DNA from: Macrostomum lignano
Taxonomy: Eukaryota
Reading direction: 5' to 3'
Assembly: GCA_002269645.1 (NCBI GenBank)
Contig: NIVC01000108.1
Coordinates: forward strand, 516,963 to 580,962
DNA: 64,000 bases
This document shows positions 37,001 through 47,545 of the stretch, in pieces. The first letter of the stretch is position 1. Every line of letters starts with the position of its first letter. The notes under the pieces are model-generated. The model was not told the DNA's origin, did not search any database, and saw only the letters and a list, made by a program, of their open reading frames with translations. A program made the translations under genes and the position numbers.

Positions 37001-38448
37001 CTGGGACGAGCTGAAGCGAGTGCTGAGGCACCTCGATCCCCAGGGCACCTCTCACATTCAGAGGGCAGAGTTTCGGGTAAGTATGCAGTCCAAGCCTTTC
37101 TCAGTGTCTACTTCTCAGATTCTACTTTTCAGATTCTACTTCTCAGATTCTACTTCTCAGATTCTAATTCTCAGATTCTACTTCTCAGATTCTACTTCTC
37201 AGATTCTAATTCTCAGATTCTACTTTTCAGCGTCGACTTTTAATGTCTTCGCTCTTGTGTCTACTTAGCTTTTCCTACTTCTTAGTGTCCACTTCTTAGT
37301 GTCTACTCCTCAGTGTCTACTTCTTAGTGCGTATTTCTCATAGTCTACTTCTCAAGGTCTAATTCTCATAGTCTACTTCTCATAGTCTACTTCTCATAGT
37401 CTACTTCTCATAGTCTACTTCTCATAGTCTAATTCTCATAGTCTATTTCTCAGATTCTACTTCTCAGATTCTACTTCTCAGATTCTACTTCTCAGATTCT
37501 ACTTCTCAGATTCTACTTCTCAGATTCTACTTCTCAGATTCTACTTCTCAGTACCTACTTCTCATAGTCCAATCGACTATCAGCAAACCAGAGCCAATCC
37601 CCACACGCATCCGCAGGCCCTGGTGCAGGAGTTCAAGCTGCCGCTGACCCCAACAGAAATCGACACGCTTTCTAAGAAATTTGAGCCCAGAGGCAACGGC
37701 CGGTAAGAAAAAAGAAGAGTTTTTTATTAATTTGATGCGAATTTCGCTCACCAGCCCCATCCCCATCTCCAGCTTCAACTATTTGGACTTTCTGAAGCGA
37801 TTCGTCAAGAAGGCTGACGAGCGAACTGGAGCAGTGCTCAGCGACAAGGTCAGACACTGCTGACAGCTGACAATATTTTTACTGTTTGATGTATCAGATC
37901 ATTGCCGCTAATTGTTGGATGCCGGCTCCTGTTGCAGAAAACTGGCGCCAGAGTTCGAGTTGAAGAAATCGTTGAGCGAATGCGGGAGAAGGTGAGCGGT
38001 GAATTGTGATAAATGACGAACAAAAATAATTATTCAAGAATTGTAAAATTTATGGACATTTAATTTTGCTTTAATATTAAAGTACACGTAAGACAGTAAA
38101 GTACAAGTTATAGACAGTAAAGTACAAGTTATAGACAGTAAAGTACAAGTTATAGACAGTAAAGTACAAGTTAAACACAGTAAAGTGCAAGCTGAAGCCA
38201 ATCTCCGCCACCCCGCCAGCTGCTATTCGAGTGGAAGAGCCTCCTGCTGGCATTCCGCAAGTTCGACGCGCAGAAGACGGGCCACCTGACCGAGGCGGAG
38301 CTGCGCCGCGTGGTGCAGAGCTGCGGCTTCCGGCTGTCCGAAGACGACCTGTTCATCCTACTGACCGAGTTCGACTTGGACTTGGACGGCCGGGTCAACT
38401 ACCAGGAGTTTGTCATGCAGCTGCTGGACGTGGCCGAGTCACCCTAAT
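31043..38448 (+). CDS. EFCAB6: EF-hand calcium-binding domain protein 6-like (multi-EF-hand), about 17 exons
   Basis: Exons include 31043-31202, 31295-31356, 31448-31545, 31866-32249, 33045-33258, 33353-33391, 33570-33731, ~33999-34255, ~34513-34645, ~34727-34905, ~35387-35718, ~36289-36460, ~36826-37077, ~37617-37702, ~37773-37849, ~37938-37991, ~38219-38448. Repeated degenerate EF-hand pairs (FKASDPARNGRV, QMDRRNTGRLSKAQFR, HLDPQGTSHIQRAEFR, FRKFDAQKTGHLTEAELR..EFDLDLDGRVNYQEF). Some internal junctions are unresolved. Confidence 0.75.
31640..31845. repeat. Alternating 18-bp A/B units (36-bp higher-order repeat)
   Basis: ATGACTCAAACACCATCT / ATGACTCAAGCACCGTCT alternate strictly. Confidence 0.9.
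32285..32690. repeat. 20-bp intronic minisatellite (GATTCGACAGGTGTGTCAGN)n
   Basis: Tandem units. Confidence 0.9.
33740..33920. repeat. 17-bp intronic minisatellite (GGGATTTGATTGGTTCA)n
   Basis: Tandem units. Confidence 0.85.
34285..34505. repeat. 15/30-bp intronic minisatellite (GAGATGGGACTGGCT-based)
   Basis: Tandem units. Confidence 0.8.
34925..35345. repeat. 30-bp intronic minisatellite (GAGGAACTAGATCTAGCTGCAGATCTAAAT)n
   Basis: Tandem units; source of the ELDLAVDLNE ORF. Confidence 0.93.
35745..36225. repeat. 24-bp intronic minisatellite (GAGTCACTCTATGATGCGATGGAT)n
   Basis: Tandem units with a duplicated CTGTTGTCCGGTTCATG interruption. Confidence 0.93.
36495..36740. repeat. 55-bp intronic tandem repeat, about 4.5 copies
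   Basis: CCAATCAGAG recurs at 55-bp spacing. Confidence 0.85.
37110..37570. repeat. 14-bp intronic minisatellite (AGATTCTACTTCTC)n
   Basis: Tandem units. Confidence 0.9.
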
Positions 38449-38644
38449 CGGGCCCGAGATTTTTATGAGTAGCAAGTGGCGAGTGCGAACGATTTTTTTA
38501 CGAGCTGGATGAAAAAACCAATATTCAATAAATTATAGCTCTACCCAAAGTAGCCTACTTACTTAGTAGAGCAAAAGGCATGTGAAACAGAATTGATAAA
38601 AATCTGTCCGTAATTTATGAAATAGCTTGGTAGCTCAGGGCTCG

Positions 38645-39115
38645 AGAGCTAAGGATTGGGAGCTAAGGATCGGGAGCTAAGGATTGGGAGCTAAGGATCG
38701 GGAGCTAAGGATCGGAAGCTAAGGATCGGAAGCTAAGGATCGGGAGCTAAGAATTGGGAGCTAAGGATCGGGAGCTAAGGATCGGGAGCTAAGGATCGGG
38801 AGCTAAGGATCGGGAGCTAAGGATCGGGAGCTAAGGATTGGAAGCTAAGGATCGGGAGCTAAGGATCGGGAGCTAAGGATCGGGAGCTAAGGATCGGGAG
38901 CTAAGGATCGGGAGCTAAGGATCGGGAGCTAAGGATCGGGAGCTAAGGATCGGGAGCTAAGGATCGGGAGCTAAGGATCGGGAGCTAAGGATCGGGAGCT
39001 AAGGATCGGGAGCTAAGGATCGGGAGCTAAGGATCGGGAGCTAAGGATCGGGAGCTAAGGATCGGGAGCTAAGGATCGGGAGCTAAGGATCGGGAGCTAA
39101 GGATCGGGAGCTAAG
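38645..39115. repeat. 14-bp minisatellite (GGATCGGGAGCTAA)n
   Basis: Near-perfect tandem units downstream of the EFCAB6-like gene. Confidence 0.95.
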
Positions 39116-40364
39116 GGCTCAATAGCTCAGTAAATTCATGCATAAAGAATAAGCGCTCGCCAAGGCAGCAGTCCTAGTAAAATGCTAAAATGCTATAATA
39201 CTACTTCTGAAATCATTATTGTCAGTAGTATGTTGTTTTACTGTCTTGTTGCTAGGTGATTTCTCGTGCCTCTATAAATTAAAGCTCCAAGATAGGGTGA
39301 TGACGCAGAGAAGCGGTGGTCAACATCAATATTTTGCACCAATCATAAAAAATCAATTTACCTGCTTGTCGCGAGACTATTTTTGTCCGCCGTGATTTTT
39401 TCTCGTTTTATTAAATATTTTATTTTGTTTAACTACGTAAATATTTTGTTATATTTCAATATGCTATATTTGTTATTAATCTATATGCGTCTTCAAACCA
39501 GGGATTAAAGCCGTTAGCTTATGGATTAACATGCCATTGTTTGCTGCATTGCTATAATTTTTGTTTTAATGTGCACAAGCCCCTACGCGCTAAAATTCGA
39601 ATTGATGATAATTTTGTTTTATTTTTCTCCCTCAAACCCCATGCACGCTGGTTGAATCGGACAATATTATCATTTACTTCCGAGTACAAGAGAAGTTTGA
39701 CGTGACATGCATATTGTCTTCGTATTTATATGCCTGACTTTTTAACCAATTAGAGACATTTTCTGATTTCAAAACCTCTTTTTGTTTTATTGATATTAAC
39801 GAATTCTGTCCATCAGTGGCACGCGGCTAATTTTATCCGTACTTGAGCGCTCCGACAATGATGGCTTCGAGGCGAAATACACCTCACAGACGCCTGCTAG
39901 CATCTCAAAGCAGGACCAAAATTGCCAGTTCGTAAACAGGCATTGCAGCTCAGATCCGCTGTTGTTGCCGTGCTGTTGCACTCAATTATTCACACAGAAA
40001 CAGCTGCTCAGCAGGGCTGCTGAGTGCTGAGAACGACAGCGCCCTTGGCTGTTAACATAATTGCTTCATCATTCACTGCGCGGGGAGAGGGGCAGCTCAT
40101 TGTTCTCAGAAAGTGGAGTTCTATGGGCAGAAAAATATTCTAATTTTAGCAGCCCGACTCAGAACTCAGAACAAACAAGATGTTTATTGGGCTGTTATCG
40201 TGTTTACTAGTGCGGCAATAAACAGCATCACATAAACTGCCTATATCAATCCAACACGGGAGCATTGAGCAATTCCCAATCAACTCAGAAGAGTGAAATT
40301 CGCTGACACAGCATTGAGTTCGGTAAGCGGATCGCGACATTGCTGCTCTGATTGTTCTGCTATT

Positions 40365-40585
<221 letters not shown>

Positions 40586-41011
40586 TTTTCACTAAAAGAA
40601 AACTTTAGACTATGCTTTCAAGTCTGCCAAACGAAGAGGCAGCAGGTGTCCCACTAAGTCACGTGACCTGCGGCTCCCTTGTCAGCGCCACTGTTAATCC
40701 GCTGTAGCCAAGTCACTAATTCGAAGCTATAAAAATCCATTTATGGAGTTGAATGCGGCAGTCACAGCTGGTGTTTACACCAGCTGCCACTCAGCTCAGA
40801 ACATGTCGGGGCAGTCAATCCAGTTGCACTGATCCCTCAGGCTTTCATGGTGACAGAGGATTATCAGCCGAAATCCTTGGCCACGCAGCGGGTGGGTGGC
40901 AAATCCCCAGCAACTGAAAGGCATAAAAGGCCCCCAAAATCGCCCCCAAAATTTTGCTTCAACTTTGCCGAACTCTGATTTTAAACATTCCCGCAGCTTC
41001 TGCCAGCAGCC

Positions 41012-41368
41012 ATGCTCTCCAACCTCTGCCTCTGCATCCTTCTGGCCGCATCAGCCAGCCTCTCCCTGGCCTGCAGCCCCGCCAGCGTCACGGACACGCT
41101 GGTCATCGGAGGCCGCACCATCAGCCAGGAGCTGGTGAACAAGTACATCGAGCAGTTCAGCAGCTGCCTGAAGCTGTTCCCCGGCTCAACCAACAGCACA
41201 TTCCGTACTGGGCGCATTGAGCAGTTCAGCTGCATGAGCTGCTTCTGGGGCGACTGCCTGCTGGCCGGCAAGCTGCCGCCAGACGATGGAGACTGCAGGT
41301 CGTACCGCGGCCCGGACTGCAGGGTGTACCAGGGCCTGGCCAATGACATGTCTCAGCCCTGCAGCTGA
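41012..41368 (+). CDS. Small secreted cysteine-rich protein of unknown family, 118 aa
   Basis: Hydrophobic N-terminal signal-like segment (MLSNLCLCILLAASASLSLA), 8 Cys after it, GC3-rich codons like neighbouring exons, upstream acceptor TTCCCGCAG, AATAAA near 41507. Confidence 0.72.
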   Translation: MLSNLCLCILLAASASLSLACSPASVTDTLVIGGRTISQELVNKYIEQFSSCLKLFPGSTNSTFRTGRIEQFSCMSCFWGDCLLAGKLPPDDGDCRSYRGPDCRVYQGLANDMSQPCS

Positions 41369-41714
41369 GCGCTTCGATTGAGGTCCCGAACTCGCTCCCC
41401 AATTATTTATAGTCTAACGTTTATAATATACTTTCCTCGCAATACAAAAGCAATGCACTGATAAACACGGTGAATCTGAAATCATGAAATCATATGCATT
41501 GTGCAATAATAAACTTCAAAACTGTGTTGCTTTGAATTTCGATAAAATCGATAATGTTTAATAATTCAGAACGAAAGAATGCTGCTTCATAAGTGCGCTA
41601 TCATGCATACTACTTGGAAAAGTGAACTCTCAGTAGTTGATCAATTATTTATGAAATGCACCCAAACTTAGGCCTTATGCTTTCAGAGCCGTCGTCTGGT
41701 TTGGCTAATTTCTA

Positions 41715-42095
41715 CCTTTATCTGCTTTGCCTACTTTATCTACTTTATCTACTTTATCCACTATATCTACTATATCTACTTTATCTACTTTATCTACTTT
41801 ATCTACTTTATCTACTTTATATGCTATATCTATTTTATCTACTATATCTACTTTATCTACTATATCTACTTTATCTACTTTATCTACTTTATCTACTTTA
41901 TCTACTTTATCTACTTTATCTACTTTATCTACTTTATATGCTATATCTACTTTATCTACTTTATCTACTTTATCTACTTTATCTACTTTATCTACTTTAT
42001 CTACTTTATCTACTTTATCTACTTTATCTACTTTATATGCTATATCTATTTTATCTACTATATCTACTATATCTACTATATCTACTTCATCTACT
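41715..42095. repeat. 9-bp microsatellite (ATCTACTTT)n
   Basis: Tandem units. Confidence 0.95.
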
Positions 42096-42658
42096 TCATC
42101 CACCCTAGCCAGTCTGTGCTCACCTACTTCAACTACCTGAGCCAATATGCTCATCAAGCTAAGCAGCTCAGCCCATCTGAGTAATCGTCATAAATCTTCG
42201 AGCCTCGCCCTGACAGGAACTCAATAAAGCGAGTTGTATTGGTGAAAAAGCAATATCCCAAGCAGAAGGCTCTTTCCTGTCTGCTTTTCTGCGAATTTCT
42301 GGGCTATATTCTAAAAAAGTTCCCAACAATCTTTTTAAAAGATTTGAAAAATGCAAGCTAAGCTTACTGCTTAGTCTATGTCCTAAACCGTAGCAGAGCA
42401 GCATATCCTGCAGTTTTAAAATAGATCCTACAAACTATGCTATTTTTAGAAGTCAATGAGTCAGCCCAGCGCCAAGTGGGGGATGGGCCATAGACAGTCT
42501 TCGCACTGAATCAATGATCTTGAGGCCATAGACATCCTGCCTTCCTGTTGACCTGAAGGAGGCCCCAGTGCAAGTTGAGTCGCCTCAATATGCTCTGCTT
42601 TATACTGACAAAAGCTTAAGTAGCACTTTCTGCTGCCCTGATGATCCCAGCATCCGTC

Positions 42659-43756
42659 ATGACCTCGGAGTTCTCCGCCAGCTCGCAACTGCCGCAGTGG
42701 ACGGTGCAGACCAGAGGCCAGGGCCGCCTGCCGGCCGAGTCCAAGTGCGAGCTGTTCACCAGCCTGGGCGTGCCCACCTGCTTCTACCCGTTCGCCGTGT
42801 TCCGGCTGAACCGGCGGGATGAAAGCGCCGAGCCCTGCTGGGCGCTGCGCGGCCATCCGGGATTTCTGCACCACGCCGAGCTGCTGGAGTTCTACACGAG
42901 CCTCTGGTCCAGCCTGGGCATCAACAGCAGCTGCTTTGAGGCCGGCTGGGTGCGCACGGTGCAGCTGCCAACCGCGCTGTCCATGCTGTTTGCCTGCGAC
43001 TCCTCGGTGCACGCGCTGTCAACCGCGGACGCCTGCCTGGTGCAGAGCCTCGCCCGATGGCGCTTCGACGGCGCCAGGATCCGCTGCAACAACCAGCGGC
43101 ACAACGAGCGCGCGACGGTGGAGGAGCAGCGGCACGCGTACCTGCACCAGCTGCAGAAGCGAATCAACGACTCCTTGCTGCTGGCTGAGTCAGAGATGCA
43201 GGGCATCCTGCAGCTGCACTGGGAGACATCGCGGGAGTCGCTGGTGGACCTCGTCGACGTTGTGGAGTCGATTGAATCGCGGATGTCAAAATCAACTCGA
43301 GACTCGCTGCAGCCTCTGGAGCTGATGGAGCCTGAAGAGTCGCAGGATCCTCCGGAGTCGCCTGCGGAGCTTCAGAAGCCTCAGGAGCCTCAGGAGCTTC
43401 AGGAGCTTCAGGAGCCTCAGGAGTCTCAAAAGTCTGAGAAGTCGCTGAAGATGCAAACGCCTCGACAGTCGCAGAAATCTCAAGTGTCTCGAAAGCACAA
43501 GGAGCCAATGGAGCCTCGGGAATCTCAGGAGCCTCGGGAATCTCAGGAGCCTCGGGAATCTCAGGAGCCTCGGAAATCTCGAGAGCCTCGGAAATCTCGG
43601 GAGCCTCGGGAATCTCGGGAGCCTCGGAAATCTCGAGAGCCTCGGAAATCTCGGGATCCTCGGGAATCTCGGGAGCCTCGGGAATCTCAGGAGCCTCGGG
43701 AATCGCAGGAGCCTCGGGAGCCTCAGAAGCCTCGGAAGTCGCACAGCTCTCAATAG
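42659..43756 (+). CDS. Hypothetical protein (about 365 aa): globular N-terminal region plus a C-terminal EPRESQ-type repeat tail
   Basis: Long GC3-rich ORF with non-repetitive, protein-like first ~220 aa, preceded by acceptor CCCAG. No family recognised; it may have upstream exons. Confidence 0.55.
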   Translation: MTSEFSASSQLPQWTVQTRGQGRLPAESKCELFTSLGVPTCFYPFAVFRLNRRDESAEPCWALRGHPGFLHHAELLEFYTSLWSSLGINSSCFEAGWVRTVQLPTALSMLFACDSSVHALSTADACLVQSLARWRFDGARIRCNNQRHNERATVEEQRHAYLHQLQKRINDSLLLAESEMQGILQLHWETSRESLVDLVDVVESIESRMSKSTRDSLQPLELMEPEESQDPPESPAELQKPQEPQELQELQEPQESQKSEKSLKMQTPRQSQKSQVSRKHKEPMEPRESQEPRESQEPRESQEPRKSREPRKSREPRESREPRKSREPRKSRDPRESREPRESQEPRESQEPREPQKPRKSHSSQ

Positions 43757-44688
43757 ACTCAGAAGCCGCAGCAGAAATCCCCGGGGGAAACCACAGCTTT
43801 AGTGGCTCCTCTTGTTAATCATAAATCCGGAAATTGAAACTGTTGCTAATGACGCTATTGTAGTTTAAAATAAAACATGTCAAAGCTTGCTCTAAATTGT
43901 TATGCTGATAATTATTCCGACCCGAATAACTCCTCGCATACACGGGGGCGGATAAACAAACCATTAAGATTCTGGCCAATCTTCATCAATCAGAGAGCTG
44001 AGAATGATGATGTGGCAAAACCCGCAGTCTCTGGGGAGCTGCCGAGCTCAGTCAGGCAGCCAAAATGCTGCGGAAAAAACCCGTTTTAAAATAAACTGTG
44101 TGACGCAGAAACACGGCAGCGGAAGAAAACGATCCGGCCCCAGAGACTGGGGATTGAGAGCAGCGGCCCTGGAGACCCGAATTAGAGAATTCGTTAACGA
44201 GTGCGGCCTGTTGCTGCGCCTGGGTGAATGCAAATTCAGGAGGGAGCAAATTTCTGCCGGAGTGGAATGTTGAGCAGCCCTACGGGGGGGGCACCCGCAG
44301 CCTGGGCGATTGCTTGTCTCTTCTAGAAGCAGACAGAGGAGACAGCAGGAGCCGCCCGCCCCTGCCGACTAAAATTACAGGGCGGGTGAGGCACGCGGAG
44401 AGGCGCCCAAGAGAACCTTGATGGCTGACGGCGTGTACCAATTAATTATTATCATGTTTCACAATTTGCTCTTCGCAGAGAAAATCGCAGAGCTGCTCAA
44501 ACAAGAGTGCACGAGCGCAGCGGATGCTTTCTTGTTTTTCAGCAAATTTTTATCAGCTAGCATGATCTGGACTGCTAGTCTAGCAGACATGCCTCTGCAT
44601 GCATTCCCGCGCTCCCACAGAGTGTACATGCACTCTCTGCTGCGCCTTGGGGTGCCCTTTTCGAGAATCGAACTCGAGACCTTTTCGA

Positions 44689-44755
44689 GACAGACAGGCA
44701 GACAGACAGACAGGCAGGCAGGCAGGCAGACAGACAGACAGGCAGGCAGGCAGGC

Positions 44756-44812
<57 letters not shown>

Positions 44813-44843
44813 GGCAGGCAGACAGACAGACAGACAGACAGAC

Positions 44844-44876
<33 letters not shown>

Positions 44877-44905
44877 CACAGACAGACAGACAGACAGACA
44901 GACAC

Positions 44906-45004
<99 letters not shown>

Positions 45005-45005
45005 C

Positions 45006-45076
<71 letters not shown>

Positions 45077-45083
45077 TACAGAC

Positions 45084-45114
<31 letters not shown>

Positions 45115-45115
45115 C

Positions 45116-45202
<87 letters not shown>

Positions 45203-45211
45203 TACACACAC

Positions 45212-45242
<31 letters not shown>

Positions 45243-45243
45243 C

Positions 45244-45282
<39 letters not shown>

Positions 45283-45285
45283 GGC

Positions 45286-45357
<72 letters not shown>

Positions 45358-45380
45358 GGACAGACAGACAGACAGACAGG
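44689..45380 (+). repeat. (GACA)n microsatellite
   Basis: Direct observation. Confidence 0.97.
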
Positions 45381-45759
45381 CTGCTCAGCTACGGAGAGTT
45401 AAATTCCTGAAAGTCCGGACACTGAGGTTTCGGGTTCGATTCTCTGGATTCGAGCGAGAATTATTGTCGATTGCTCAGGAAATTCAAGAGCTTAAAAATG
45501 TCTCAGACTTGAGTACTGAAATCGAATTTGATTATTTCGCTCTGGCTGAGTGGCGCAGTCGGGCGTGAAAACTCAGAACGCGGGACAGTCCGGCTGCGGG
45601 AAGCCCCGGAAACTCCTTCGGGTCTGGGAATCCCCGCAAGGCCAGTTAATGGGGCCGCGACCGCTGCAGGGCTGCCGTGCGAATCCTTCTTTGGCATCAG
45701 CAGCTCTGAAACTTTTCAACTTTTTCTCAATCTGCGATTCTCGCACGTTTTTTTGGAAT

Positions 45760-46097
<338 letters not shown>

Positions 46098-46849
46098 TGT
46101 CTCAATCTGAGCTCAGCAGGTTGAGGCAGCTTCTGATCAGCTGATCCTCAGTCTTCTCGGCAAGAGCTCAGCTGTTCCCATCTCCCAGAGTTGCGTGACG
46201 GCCCCGGAGCTGTCAGCCTCGGCTCCACCCGAGCTGTCAAGGAAGTGACAGAGCGGCTGCCCAGCTCAGCTGGCTGACATCCGATATCCATGCGAAGGGC
46301 GCCGCAGTTCGAACAAACCGGATTGCAAACTGGCCGGGATGAAAATAGCAAATTCAGGATGGAGACTTTATTGCCTTGTCATCTTGAGAGGTTGACTCGG
46401 AGGAATTACAAATTATCTAAGAACGAAACTGGGTTCCGCCACAGACAATGTAAGCAGCCTTGGTCCCGGCAACGCGGCAAACTGCAAGGATCCAGGACAT
46501 TGTACTGCCTTAAACCGCCCAACCTAAACCTAAGCCTTATCTGAATCCCAACAGAGGGCAGCTCTAACCAGAATCAGTGAAAGTAAAAAAATGACTGAAT
46601 ATTTAGGTTTTGGTATAAACGCTGGACACAAAATAATGATGAGTCACAACTGTCAATCAAAGCGTACGACTGCGTATATCAGGCCGTATATTTGTATTCA
46701 GAGCAGACAAACACAAAGCACGAACATCAATAATAAAAAGTTAAACAGCTCACAACATTAAAATTGTGTTAAAATTTGTTCTACTCCAAAAACATTGCGA
46801 AGAATGTCAGCTGATTCAGACCAAATATCAGATACTCGGGTAACCATGG

Positions 46850-47258
46850 GTGAGGGGAAAATGACCGCAGATAACAGGGGACAATGACTTCAGATCACAG
46901 GGGACAATGACCGCAGATCACAGGGGACAATGACCGCAGATAACAGGGGACAATGACCGCAGATAACAGGGGACAATGACCGCAGATCGCAGAGGACAAT
47001 GACCGCAGATAACAAGGGACAATGACTTCAGATTGCAGGGGACAATGACCGCAGATCGCAGGGGACAATGACCACAGATCGCAGGGGACTATGACCGCAG
47101 ATCGCAGGGGACAATGACCGCAGATCGCAGGGGACAATGACCACAGATCGCAGGGGACAATGACCGCAGATAACAGGGGACAATGACTTCAGATCGCAGG
47201 GGACAATGACCGCAGATCACAGGGGACAATGACCTCAGATCGCAGGGGACAATGACGA
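46850..47258. repeat. 23-bp minisatellite (CAGGGGACAATGACCGCAGATCG)n
   Basis: Tandem units downstream of the GPCR stop. Confidence 0.93.
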
Positions 47259-47545
47259 TTTCCAGTTTATGGAAATTAAATTCGAAACTTTGTCATACGA
47301 GCTAAAATATTGATCTGACAGAGAAATTCACATACAAAACAGGCTCGTGAATTCCAAGAGTTTTAAAATGAGTTACAATTGAAATTGTCTGACTACAAAA
47401 ATGAAGATTACCGAAGCTTAGTTTTAAACATGTTTTAAAGGTTGACACGAACCTGACAGCGACTCGATAAAACATTTTATTTATTTTCGTTCGATGAGAC
47501 AGCTGCTCACAGCTGGCTCACCGTGACAGGCCGGTGAGAAGCTGC

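Noticed and set aside
44470-44690. Possible exon [18 protein letters not shown]...
   Set aside because: It runs into the GACA array with no donor, has no recognisable domain, and has no partner exons.
45385-45450. tRNA or tRNA-derived SINE (GGTTCGATTC B-box-like)
   Set aside because: No cloverleaf or convincing A-box spacing could be built.
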